In this document: positions 29,426-38,949 of the stretch, in pieces | How the letters are laid out: every line of letters starts with the position of its first letter | Numbering within the stretch: the stretch's first letter is position 1 | Assembly: GCA_964534625.1 (NCBI GenBank) | Contig: CAZHRF010000015.1 | Coordinates: 1 to 59,990 of the forward strand | Length of the DNA stretch: 59,990 bases | DNA from: an uncultured archaeon | Lineage (GTDB): Archaea > Asgardarchaeota > Heimdallarchaeia > Heimdallarchaeales > Heimdallarchaeaceae | Direction: 5' to 3' | The notes under the pieces: model-generated | The model's database searches: none | Told to the model about the DNA's origin: nothing | What the model saw: the letters and a program-made list of their open reading frames with translations, nothing else | Program-made: the position numbers and the translations under genes

Positions 29426-30784
29426 TCAAATGATTTCTTCAATTATATGTTCAAGGAAAGGATTTATTTTTTGTGTAATAACTAGAGCATAGCTAACAAG
29501 AGAGCTGTTATAAGCGCTTCTATACTCCGCTATTTTTTGTTGGAGCTCTTTTTTTGTGTGAGAGCTTAGCTGTAGAATTGATCTTACAATATCATTAATA
29601 AGTTTCAATTGTGACTGAACATCGGAAAAAATTAATTTGTCATCATCAATAAATTGCTTAAAATATTTATCTTTGATCGGGCATGTATTATTCTTAATTT
29701 TACCCTCATTTAAATCAATTATAGCTGTGTCTTGTATGTCTATTTCGAGCTCATCAATACTTTGATATTTTTGAACTGACATCCCTATGAATGTATCTTT
29801 ATCTATACCTCTTATGTCGTCTAACCAATAATTTGTTGATGCATTTAGATGTTGATTAAAAAATCTTAGCGTGTTAATTGCGGTGTATACAACAGGTTTT
29901 TCTCCCACCACTATTGTTTTACTACTAGTTACAAAAAGGTTAATTGCCAAGTGAATTTTGTTTTTTATATAGTCTTTTACTAACTCTAACGATGTTTCAT
30001 CTTTCAAGCTTGGTATTATATTACAGATTAAACTTTTTTGTATCATTCCAAACACTTGTAAAAGTGGTTTATCTTGGTTCAGCCTTAATATTTTATCATA
30101 ACGCTCTTTCATCATTAATAGCACATCAAATTGAGTATCTGTAATATTTACATATACAATTTCTGTTTTATTTTCCTTAAACTCACAAGTAGCAAAAACG
30201 CCTGATTCTGCTTCTTTCAAATAGAATAAACTATTATTTTTTTTTCCCATTTTCTCTGGAATAATATGTTTTCTATGCTTATTAACAACATACCCTATTT
30301 GTGCCATTATAGCGCTCATTTCGCTTTTTTCAATTATTTTCCATCCTACCCCTTCCTCATCATGTTGCATCACAAAATAATAGGGTTTATTTTCTTTAAT
30401 TGGGCTTATTACACAATTTTCATATTTTTGTTCAATTTCATCCATAACTGCTTCCAAAGTTAATTCTATCGACACAGGATCTTGTCTTCCATCTCTGACC
30501 ATATTGTCAAATACATTTTTTACAAATTCAAATAACTCTTTTGTCATCTTCTCATTTAGTTCTCTACTTGTTTTAAATGCCAAACTAAAATGTTCTTTCT
30601 TATAAAAATTAATGGTATATTCTGCAAAATTTATTGAACTTATTTTTTTCTCGTCAATCGTATTTGAAAACGAGAAAATGGCAGAGAGTAAACCTCCTTC
30701 TAATTGTGAATTACCTTCAAAATCAGGTCTACTAGCCAACAAGTTATTATTTTGATCAAAGACAAATATTTGGATGCTAGTCAT
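29426..30784 (-). CDS. N-terminal longin-like domain + putative DENN-like domains
   Basis: IFVFDQN...LEGGLLSAIFSFS longin pattern. Later IVVGE.....AINTL..F, FIGM and AIIDLNEGKI resemble the cDENN core. Fold call is by eye. Confidence 0.55.
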   Translation of the reverse strand: MTSIQIFVFDQNNNLLASRPDFEGNSQLEGGLLSAIFSFSNTIDEKKISSINFAEYTINFYKKEHFSLAFKTSRELNEKMTKELFEFVKNVFDNMVRDGRQDPVSIELTLEAVMDEIEQKYENCVISPIKENKPYYFVMQHDEEGVGWKIIEKSEMSAIMAQIGYVVNKHRKHIIPEKMGKKNNSLFYLKEAESGVFATCEFKENKTEIVYVNITDTQFDVLLMMKERYDKILRLNQDKPLLQVFGMIQKSLICNIIPSLKDETSLELVKDYIKNKIHLAINLFVTSSKTIVVGEKPVVYTAINTLRFFNQHLNASTNYWLDDIRGIDKDTFIGMSVQKYQSIDELEIDIQDTAIIDLNEGKIKNNTCPIKDKYFKQFIDDDKLIFSDVQSQLKLINDIVRSILQLSSHTKKELQQKIAEYRSAYNSSLVSYALVITQKINPFLEHIIEEII

Positions 30785-30871
30785 CGTACCAATTACTAGA
30801 TTGCATTGATGTTATTTTAATTTGTTGCTCAATACTTTATACAAGCTGTTTCTCTTTAACATGTTTTTCTA

Positions 30872-31678
30872 TTACGACAGCGATTTTTTATATTGTATTT
30901 CAAACCATGATTTTTCTCTGATCATTTTCTTGTACCAATTAGGCATTACCCAACCCAAATACAAGCAGATATAGGCTATCATCAAAAGTAATAATCTCAA
31001 TGACCATAAGACTATTACTATTATAGAATTTTCTGCACCATAAGCAAAACCAACTATATTATTTCTAAAGTAGTATATCACTAATCCAATAACAACTAAT
31101 TCCAACGCTCTTTTTCTCATTTTATCCTTGGCTTTTCTAGATAATACAAATGCTCTATAAATAATTTTAAAGAATAAATATATCTGAATGAAGATATAAG
31201 GGACTAAGAATAGGGTACTAAGTGACAGTCTAACAAGTTCGTTTGAAATAGTATTTTCGACGATCACTATTGGTTGAGATGGTTTGAACAACATCAATTC
31301 TGCTAAGGTTAAGGCAAATAGCGCACCAGAATAAGCTGAAAAAGTATAAACTGTTATCCCTTGAACTATTTCTGAATCTTGTAAAATATGTCTGGATGAA
31401 AAAATATAGAAAAATATCCAGCCAACTAATGGTAAAATAACAGATAATACGGACATTATTGCATAGGTCATGAATTGGGAATTCATAACTTGAAAATATA
31501 AGGAGAGACTATTGGTAAGTGCAGATAAACCAAAAAAGAAATAAGTTATAAACAAAAGTGCTGTGCCTGTGGTTTTCTTTTTAATAAAATTAATCAGAAG
31601 ACCTAGTACCAAGAGTGCAATCAAAAAACTATTTACCCAATCCGAAATTACTATAAACGTTGTTATGGTATCAATCAT
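30872..31678 (-). CDS. 7TM membrane protein (receptor-like)
   Basis: Seven hydrophobic helices, basic TM5-6 loop SRKAKDKMRKRA, C-terminal LGWVMPNWYKK. Confidence 0.75.
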   Translation of the reverse strand: MIDTITTFIVISDWVNSFLIALLVLGLLINFIKKKTTGTALLFITYFFFGLSALTNSLSLYFQVMNSQFMTYAIMSVLSVILPLVGWIFFYIFSSRHILQDSEIVQGITVYTFSAYSGALFALTLAELMLFKPSQPIVIVENTISNELVRLSLSTLFLVPYIFIQIYLFFKIIYRAFVLSRKAKDKMRKRALELVVIGLVIYYFRNNIVGFAYGAENSIIVIVLWSLRLLLLMIAYICLYLGWVMPNWYKKMIREKSWFEIQYKKSLS

Positions 31679-31682
31679 TTTT

Positions 31683-32210
31683 CTAACCTTGTAATTTGTT
31701 TACAAACCATTTGAAACTTTCAAAAATGTTTTGTCCGTTCTTTGCAGAGGTTTCAAATATACCCCAGGTGTATTTTAATTCTATCAGTCCAAATTCTTTA
31801 ATGAATTCACTTTTGTCTATTAATTCGCTTTTGTCTGATTTATTTAATAAAATTAAAACAGTTACGTCATCTCCTAGTTGATGATCGATCACAGTTCTAA
31901 AAACGTTTCTTGCTTCTTCAAATCGCATTTCATTTGCTCTATCAATAACAAAAACAATCCCATCTGATTTTTCATTAACATTCTTCCAGATACCTCTAAA
32001 ATCTTCTTGTCCTGCTAGATCAAATATATTCAGTTCAAGCTTAGGCAAGGAAATATTATCATGGTTGATACCCATAGTAGGAGAGGTTTCTTGGAAAGTA
32101 CCAGTTTCAAGATATTTCAAAATAGTTGTTTTTCCTGCACCATCCAGCCCACAAATAGTTATATCTGCTTTTTTATTTCTTGAAGAAAAAAGTTTAAGTA
32201 AAAATGACAT
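31683..32210 (-). CDS. Arf/Sar-like small GTPase
   Basis: GLDGAGKTT, PTMG, DLAGQ, NKSD, TSAK; N-terminal amphipathic MSFLLKLFS. Confidence 0.92.
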   Translation of the reverse strand: MSFLLKLFSSRNKKADITICGLDGAGKTTILKYLETGTFQETSPTMGINHDNISLPKLELNIFDLAGQEDFRGIWKNVNEKSDGIVFVIDRANEMRFEEARNVFRTVIDHQLGDDVTVLILLNKSDKSELIDKSEFIKEFGLIELKYTWGIFETSAKNGQNIFESFKWFVNKLQG

Positions 32211-32232
32211 TTCTATCGTGTTTCCTCTTTAT

Positions 32233-32727
32233 TTACCAGAGATCGCCAGCTAATGAATCTAAGGCGTCTCCATTTTTGTCTTCGTTTTCTTTTTCTTCAA
32301 AATTGAATCTTATTGTTGCTGTTGAACTAACTTCAATTACTGCTTTTCCTTTCTTGAATCCTTTATATAGATTAGGCATAATCTTTTTTAGTACCTCACC
32401 ATTCAATAATTGTTTTGTTTCTAACTCGTAAATAGTTACTGAAAATACTCTTTTAATTAAGTCTGCGTTATATCCATCACTTGAAAAAACAGCTACAAGA
32501 GTTGCAATATTGTCTCTGCCTTCAGTATTTGGCAATTTAAATGCATAACTAGAGAAATTTACATTTTCTGCTGTTGAAGAAGTGAAATCGCCATGATTAG
32601 CACCCATAGGCATGCACTTGTAAACAAGTTTATTAAGAAGATCTGATGGAAGAACATCGGGAAAAACACTTACTAATTCTAAGCCTGTTTTTCCCATCTG
32701 TACCAAACATAAACTGATAGGTTTCAT
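32233..32727 (-). CDS. Putative uDENN/longin-like protein
   Basis: G.ELVSVFP..L......L..KCMPMG...SYAF.L...GR...TLVAV resembles uDENN-type longin folds (inference). Confidence 0.5.
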   Translation of the reverse strand: MKPISLCLVQMGKTGLELVSVFPDVLPSDLLNKLVYKCMPMGANHGDFTSSTAENVNFSSYAFKLPNTEGRDNIATLVAVFSSDGYNADLIKRVFSVTIYELETKQLLNGEVLKKIMPNLYKGFKKGKAVIEVSSTATIRFNFEEKENEDKNGDALDSLAGDLW

Positions 32728-32832
32728 ATAATCATATATACATTTGTAAAGATTTGATTATAAACATTCATGTGAAGGTAATCAGAGTTACATCTAAGTA
32801 GAAAAAAGGCTTAATTAGCCAATTAAAACCAA

Positions 32833-33471
32833 TTATTCAGTTTCCGATGGATAAAGTAAACCAATTCCAAGAACAATATAAGCGATAATTTGTACAATAC
32901 CAGGAATAATAATCAGAGGCGTACCTTTTGTTTGAACAGTAAATATCCCACCAATTGCAGATAAGATTAATCCTAATGAAACAAGCGAAATCCGCCAATC
33001 TTTGCTTTTTATACCCAAATAGGCAAAAAAACCTGTAGACCACAAAGACATAAGAATGGTAATATATCTGTTAATTTCAGTCGCGTCTCTATAAACAAAA
33101 CTTGTTACACTCAGATAAATGATATTAATTAAAGCTAAAAGAATCGTAATTGTTGTACCTATTAAATTAACTTTATTATCAAAAAGCCCTATAAAAAATG
33201 TACTAAAAGCAAGCATAAAGACAAGTATAAAGACTCCCATTCCTTGAAATAGTCTACTGTAATCAAAAGTTTCCTCCAGAGATGGATTGGTTAGATCAAT
33301 TATCACTTTAGTCAGTATCCCCACCCCTACAGACAAAAAGCCTATAGCCCAAAATAAAGTGATACTTTGCTTCAAATTTATGTATCGCCTCAGATAGTAG
33401 CTGCCTATCCCTAGTGCGACACAAACACCTATTAATATCATTATTAAATGAATAATTTCAAATGTTTGCAT
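32833..33471 (-). CDS. 7TM membrane protein (paralogue of 56204-56881)
   Basis: Seven hydrophobic helices; KDWRI and GIGLLYP shared with the paralogue. Confidence 0.75.
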   Translation of the reverse strand: MQTFEIIHLIMILIGVCVALGIGSYYLRRYINLKQSITLFWAIGFLSVGVGILTKVIIDLTNPSLEETFDYSRLFQGMGVFILVFMLAFSTFFIGLFDNKVNLIGTTITILLALINIIYLSVTSFVYRDATEINRYITILMSLWSTGFFAYLGIKSKDWRISLVSLGLILSAIGGIFTVQTKGTPLIIIPGIVQIIAYIVLGIGLLYPSETE

Positions 33472-33497
33472 AAGTTTTCCTCATGTATATGTATATT

Positions 33498-34154
33498 TTA
33501 TCTGAATAATGCGTATTTTAGTTTTGACACTGCTTTTTCTAATCTGTTTCCGTATTCATCAATGAGTTGACTAAATGTATCTTGATAGTCTACTGTCAGC
33601 CCTATACTTGTAATTAATGTTTTTAATAGTACAACTCTTTTTTGGACATCTTCTTTTGATAATGTGTCTTTTTCAGTATGTAGATTCAATAATTCTTTAG
33701 CTGCTTCCTTTTTGTTTATTTGTTTTGTTTCATATGCTTCTAGAACAGCCTTAACTTGATTTTCTATACTATGTTCTTTACTACCCTCAAATTCGCATAT
33801 CTCAATAATATCTTGAGCAAACTCCGTATTTAAAAGATCCTCGTTATGTTCAAAAGACACCAGTTTTTCATATTTTGATTTAAGTTCATCAAAATTTTGA
33901 TGTAATTCATTAACTTCCATATCAGATACAGGTTTTTTTAGCATTAGAGCTACTCTTAATTTGTCTAACGGAAAAGTAACTAATGAATCTGAATCAAAAT
34001 CTACTTGATGGATATCGGTCCCTAGTGTTTGTGCCAAAGTAATAATAGCTGAAAGCACACCACCAAATAATTGCTCATCTATTATTTTCGATTTGCTATG
34101 GGAAAACAAGGTTAACCCTGTGTTGTTCATTATCCAACAACTTTGCACACTCAT
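33498..34154 (-). CDS. Longin-like domain protein (paralogue of 55515-56183)
   Basis: WIMNNTGLTLF, DEQLFGGVLSA, helical C-terminus ending ALFR. Confidence 0.7.
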   Translation of the reverse strand: MSVQSCWIMNNTGLTLFSHSKSKIIDEQLFGGVLSAIITLAQTLGTDIHQVDFDSDSLVTFPLDKLRVALMLKKPVSDMEVNELHQNFDELKSKYEKLVSFEHNEDLLNTEFAQDIIEICEFEGSKEHSIENQVKAVLEAYETKQINKKEAAKELLNLHTEKDTLSKEDVQKRVVLLKTLITSIGLTVDYQDTFSQLIDEYGNRLEKAVSKLKYALFR

Positions 34155-34702
34155 ATTGTTCTCTCAACCTTTATACTAATTACTATCTAATAACTAATAA
34201 ATATGAAACAAGGAATTTAAATGTTACCTTATTGTTAGTCTATCCAAGATATTACAAGTAGAGAGAGATAGACAAGATCAACTTGAGTTAAATAGTATCC
34301 AGTTACTCCTTGAATTGTATATTATACGTTTTAATGTAAACTATTTACAAGATCAAACATTGTTTGCCCTATTCCGAAAAAAATAGTTCATCCGTAAAAA
34401 ACTCCCCTTAAAAAGGCGTAAAAGAGATCATTTAGTGATTATTTTTCCCTCTTAATATTAATCTGAGATCATTCACATCGACCATCAACATTACTTTTAC
34501 AAGTTCAGGTGCATTTTTCCAATCATCTCTCAGCATTTAATCTATTTAGATATTACTCTTAAAATTTTTTATGGTTCTAGTACTTCAAAGATAGTTCTTT
34601 AATTCCATAATTTCCAGCATAAAAATAATTAAAAAAACTATTTGCAGATATTAAAAAAAGAAAAGAAATATTTTTTGTAATGATCGTGTTTGTTACTAAT
34701 CA

Positions 34703-34891
34703 TTATTCTTTCTGGATCATGGCTTCTCTTCTTTCAATTTCGTTGTCTGGGACTTCGAATAAGCCGTGTGAATCCTGTAAATGTTGTCTAATTTTTTGTG
34801 ATGTTTCGTCTTTAGACTTTCCTCGTAGTTTTATGTCGCACATGTCGCATGTGTAAGTGTATTGTGTCATAGTATTCACTCTGTGTACCAA
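34703..34891 (-). CDS. Small metal-binding protein (DUF1059-like)
   Basis: CDMC...G....E......H....HG. Confidence 0.6.
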   Translation of the reverse strand: MVHRVNTMTQYTYTCDMCDIKLRGKSKDETSQKIRQHLQDSHGLFEVPDNEIERREAMIQKE

Positions 34892-34953
34892 TTAGTGCTT
34901 ACCTTCTTTTCAATCTTAGGGTTTGTCCGTTCAGAAAATATTCATCAATAATA

Positions 34954-34985
34954 TAAACTACCCCACCCTAAATAAGTGGTCTTTC
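34954..34985. mobile_element. Degenerate IS200/IS605-type end hairpin
   Basis: TAAACTACCCCACCCTAAATAAGTGGTCTTTC resembles AACTACCCC.CCCT.AAGGG.GGGGCTT ends. Confidence 0.45.
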
Positions 34986-35148
34986 TGTCTAGATATAGTA
35001 AAAAAACTAAGAGTGAACATATGAAAAGGTTGTTGTACTATTATAGAATTAAGCTCTGAACGAGAGTTAGATTTATGTAATTTAGTCACATAATTAATAA
35101 TCCTCATTTATTTCTTAGCCCCTTAGAAACACAAAACAAATTATTCGT

Positions 35149-35256
35149 TAGTACATCTGAATTAAGGACATAAACTCACCTTAAGGTGGTAAAAATGCAC
35201 CTAAATAGGTTTTGACCTTCTCTTTCATGTCTGTACACACTATTTCTGAAGTACTA
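35149..35256. mobile_element. ~108-bp MITE, copy 2
   Basis: Ends TAGTACATCTGAATTAAG / TATTTCTGAAGTACTA match copy 1; nearly the same length. Confidence 0.65.
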
Positions 35257-35301
35257 TTCTTACTATAAAATTTATATAACTAGTAATTTATTAACGATAC
35301 A

Positions 35302-35949
35302 ATGAAAAAAGCAAAACTTATTGTTATAGGAAGTGTTTTTTCTCTCTATCTTTTGATTTTGATCTTACTCCTTATTAAGCCCATAGATTCTGCAGTATTC
35401 TTTTTTATTGATTTCTTTGCCCTTTTTGGTCTCACATCAATGTTCATAGCTACAATGATTGCTCCTTTCCAAAAAGAACTCTTCAGAATATTTAGAAAGC
35501 CTTTCATTAAAATCCATCATGCGTTCAGTATTACAGGGTTCATCTTAATTGTACTCCATCCACTTACGCTAGCTATTCATGTTAATAGTTGGGAAGTTTT
35601 TCTCCCTGATTTTTCTTCTTGGTATAATTTTTGGTTATTAGCAGGAAGACCAGCTTTAATCTTAATTGTTATAGCCTTAATAGCTTCTATTCTTAAAAAA
35701 CAGATCGGTGATTATTGGAAATATATTCATATGCTAAATTATGTAGGCTTGATATTCGGAGTAATCCATGGTATACTATTAGCTTCTACTTTCTCTGATT
35801 TTAGTAAACCTCTAAAAATAAACGAACTTATTATAACAATACTATTCTTAACAATGACAGTAGTATCAGTAAGCACATTTATCTACAAAAGATATTTAGA
35901 GAAACTCAAAAGAGATAAAAGAAAAGAGAAGATGATCAAGGATCAATAA
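35302..35949 (+). CDS. Ferric reductase-like transmembrane (cytochrome b / MsrQ-like) protein
   Basis: KIHH, LHP, WKYIHMLNY, IHG histidine pattern in TM helices. Confidence 0.8.
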   Translation: MKKAKLIVIGSVFSLYLLILILLLIKPIDSAVFFFIDFFALFGLTSMFIATMIAPFQKELFRIFRKPFIKIHHAFSITGFILIVLHPLTLAIHVNSWEVFLPDFSSWYNFWLLAGRPALILIVIALIASILKKQIGDYWKYIHMLNYVGLIFGVIHGILLASTFSDFSKPLKINELIITILFLTMTVVSVSTFIYKRYLEKLKRDKRKEKMIKDQ

Positions 35950-36079
35950 CGCCTCTTTTTTCTTTTTTAGTATCTATATTCTTTTTTTCAATCTAAAACC
36001 TGTACTTTCGATTATGATAAAATTGTCTATGTGACCAACGTGAGTAATAAAAAAATAAGGTGAAAGAAGAATTTCTTCT

Positions 36080-37600
36080 TTATTGATAAGGATACAAATT
36101 CCCTACTGCTTGTCCAATTATATTTAAGATACCTGAATAAAAGATCGCCATTGCAATAATTAAAACAACTAATATTACCAAAACTCCTGTTTCAATTATT
36201 GAAAGCTTGATTGTTCCTTTTTCTTCTTCCGGTTCACCAAAGAGTATAGTTTTAATTACATATCCATTCCCAACCAATGCAAAGACACTGCAAATTATAG
36301 CTAAAATCATTAGTGCCAAGTTCATATTAGCACTATGAGATCCATTCAGTGTGGCAATTATAATTAGTATTCTACTTACGAACCCTCCTGTAATTGGTAA
36401 CCCAGCTAAAGATAAACAGCCTGTTGTTATGGCTACACCAATCAATGGTGTTTTTCTTCCAATTCCAGTTATTTTTCGTAAGTCACTTGTTCCTGTAGCA
36501 TTTAATAGTATACCACTAGTTAGGAAAAGTACACTAATACTTAAAGTATGACTTAAAATTGCAAACAGTGAGGCTTCTAGTCCAACCCTTGTCCCCGCTC
36601 CAAGTCCTAACACTATAAATCCTATTTGTACTATGCTTAGATATGCAAAAATTCGTTTTAGATCAACAATATCATTGCGTTTAAATTGAACAAATACTAA
36701 ATAGTTGCCTTCAAGTATGGTTAAGATAGCTATCCAAGAGATTACTAGGGATGTATCTGAAAGAATTGAACCAGCTTTTCCTGCAAATGCCCAATAAAGA
36801 GTGCGATAAATACCATATACCCCAGCTTTTGCCACAAGACCACTCAAGAGAGCTGAAACCGTTGATAAAGCATTAGAAGTAGCATCACTTACCCACGTAT
36901 TAAGAAAAATCATACATGCACTAAAACCAAATCCAATTATATATAGCCCAATAATGACACCTAAGATATTGGTATTAATTGCTGTACCGCTTGCACTTGT
37001 TTTTTCCACAATAATAGTATTTAATTCTTGGAAGTTGACCGTTCCATAAACACCAAAAGTTAATGCTGTTGCAAAAAGGATCAAGAAAGCCCCTACTGAT
37101 CCCATGATAAATGCTTTTAATGATGCTTCCACAGCTCCTCTTTTTTCTCTTTCGTAACCAATTAAGGCGATTGCACTTAGCGCCATAAATTCCCATGAAA
37201 CAAATAAAGTGAAATAATTGGTTGCCATGATAACCCCAGTAAGGCCAGCGAACAAAGTGAAAATCAATGCATAGTAATAACTGATAGCTTTTCTTTTTTT
37301 CATAAATTTAACACTAAATAAAACAACCATCCACACTACACAAGCAAACAAAGTTATAAGCAAGCTTTCAAGTAATCCATATTCAAGTAAACTTACAGTA
37401 TTATATTTTCGCAAACCATCTAAAATAACAGTTAATAATGAAAATATAAACGCTACAGCTGCAGTTACATTCGCAATACTATGAATCACTATATTGTATA
37501 CATTACTGTTTTTGAAGATAGTTTTTAGCTGTTCAACTATTGTTAGTAGTATGGCTCCAATTACTGGAATAATTATTATTAATGATAGATATAAGTTCAT
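36080..37600 (-). CDS. Proton-conducting antiporter-like subunit (NuoL/M/N, MrpD-like), divergent
   Basis: LFVSWEFM, ASLK, VSALLSG..AKAG, DLKRIFAY, SLAGLP.TGGF. Confidence 0.85.
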   Translation of the reverse strand: MNLYLSLIIIIPVIGAILLTIVEQLKTIFKNSNVYNIVIHSIANVTAAVAFIFSLLTVILDGLRKYNTVSLLEYGLLESLLITLFACVVWMVVLFSVKFMKKRKAISYYYALIFTLFAGLTGVIMATNYFTLFVSWEFMALSAIALIGYEREKRGAVEASLKAFIMGSVGAFLILFATALTFGVYGTVNFQELNTIIVEKTSASGTAINTNILGVIIGLYIIGFGFSACMIFLNTWVSDATSNALSTVSALLSGLVAKAGVYGIYRTLYWAFAGKAGSILSDTSLVISWIAILTILEGNYLVFVQFKRNDIVDLKRIFAYLSIVQIGFIVLGLGAGTRVGLEASLFAILSHTLSISVLFLTSGILLNATGTSDLRKITGIGRKTPLIGVAITTGCLSLAGLPITGGFVSRILIIIATLNGSHSANMNLALMILAIICSVFALVGNGYVIKTILFGEPEEEKGTIKLSIIETGVLVILVVLIIAMAIFYSGILNIIGQAVGNLYPYQ

Positions 37601-37610
37601 TTTTAATCAC

Positions 37611-38024
37611 CTATAATATGAGTATAAAGACGCAAATAATGGTTATAGCAAAGACTATCGATAGTATCATACTCCAATTGATCTTGTGAGTTGGTAAAGT
37701 AAATAATTTTCCTTGAGAGAGTGTTGACATTTCGTCTGTATCTATGGCATTTGTGTGTCTATAATTATTTATCACAATTGAAAACCCTATAGCCATCGTG
37801 GCTCCGCCTATTGTCATAGAGAGCAATGGAAAAATGTATGACAACATAGCCACTTTTCCTATCTGAAGATTTGTACCAAATGCTATAAAAATCACATTGA
37901 AAGCTACAATCATTATTTCTATACCAATTAATATTTTAACAGCATTTCTTTTAGAAATTACTGCATATAACCCTATACAAAAGAGTATCACGCCAAATAT
38001 GAGTAAAACTGTATTTTCTATCAT
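37611..38024 (-). CDS. NuoK/MrpC-like subunit
   Basis: GLY....RNAVKILIGIEIM...N. Confidence 0.8.
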   Translation of the reverse strand: MIENTVLLIFGVILFCIGLYAVISKRNAVKILIGIEIMIVAFNVIFIAFGTNLQIGKVAMLSYIFPLLSMTIGGATMAIGFSIVINNYRHTNAIDTDEMSTLSQGKLFTLPTHKINWSMILSIVFAITIICVFILIL

Positions 38025-38569
38025 ATTTCTACCTCCTCATCTTCTTCTTGGTATGCTTTTGGTCTATAGTGTTTTTTCTGTTTGTGTTGAAAGAATAATA
38101 TACTTATTGCCAGAGTAGTAGCAAAAAACAGCAAAGCTTGTAACAATAAATCTGTTGAACGGATATTCCACATATAATTAGTTATGATATCACTATTTTC
38201 TCCAATATCAATTGTGTTTGTACTATCAAAAACAAAAGGTTCAACATAAGATAGAAAGAACACAAGTATAACTGTAAAAATAGAAGCAGCAGAACCACCT
38301 ATTACTGTCCTTTTCCAATCAAAACTTTCATCAATTTGATTTTCTGTTAATGTAACTACAACTAGAAACAAAGCAGCTAGTCCACCACCATAGCATATAA
38401 CTTGGAACCAAGCAATGAAACCTGCTTGCATTACCAAAAATGTAATCCAAATGAATAAATTCATGAGGATTAAGCTAACAATTGAAAGAAGTATATTTTT
38501 GAGTTCTATAGCGGTTAGACCACAAAGTATGGCTAAAGACATCAAAACCGTTACGCTTATGAGAACCAT
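38021..38569 (-). CDS. NuoJ-like subunit
   Basis: A.FIAWFQVICYGGG..ALF. Confidence 0.75.
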   Translation of the reverse strand: MVLISVTVLMSLAILCGLTAIELKNILLSIVSLILMNLFIWITFLVMQAGFIAWFQVICYGGGLAALFLVVVTLTENQIDESFDWKRTVIGGSAASIFTVILVFFLSYVEPFVFDSTNTIDIGENSDIITNYMWNIRSTDLLLQALLFFATTLAISILFFQHKQKKHYRPKAYQEEDEEVEI

Positions 38570-38949
38570 TATTCAGATCCTCCTAGGTATTTAATTGGTT
38601 TAAGCGTTTCTCGATCAAAACTCTTCTTTACACCAAAGATAAGTGTGATTCCTATGATTGCAACGTAAATTAGTACTACTGGTGTGATATCGTGCGCAAT
38701 AAAGAATACTGTTGTTATAACAAATACAATAGCATTAAATAACACGAAGTATGCAATAAAAGCATATAAATCAAGGTACATCCTTCGTGATATAGGTTCA
38801 GCAGCATCACCGCTCATATAAAGATCTCCCTTCATTTTACTCTCTTTTGGTTTTAAGTGGCTACGCATACTTTTACTTAACCAATAAAGCAAAACAACAA
38901 CTAAACTAGTACCGACTAAATCTAAGATTAAAGACATCCACAATTCCAT
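38569..38949 (-). CDS. NuoA-like subunit
   Basis: TM1, K...Y.SG loop, Y.FIAYFVLF; position in the operon. Confidence 0.65.
   Translation of the reverse strand: MELWMSLILDLVGTSLVVVLLYWLSKSMRSHLKPKESKMKGDLYMSGDAAEPISRRMYLDLYAFIAYFVLFNAIVFVITTVFFIAHDITPVVLIYVAIIGITLIFGVKKSFDRETLKPIKYLGGSE

Noticed and set aside
30872-33471. Rhodopsins (7TM proteins)
   Set aside because: No retinal-binding Lys in TM7 and no rhodopsin TM3 motifs
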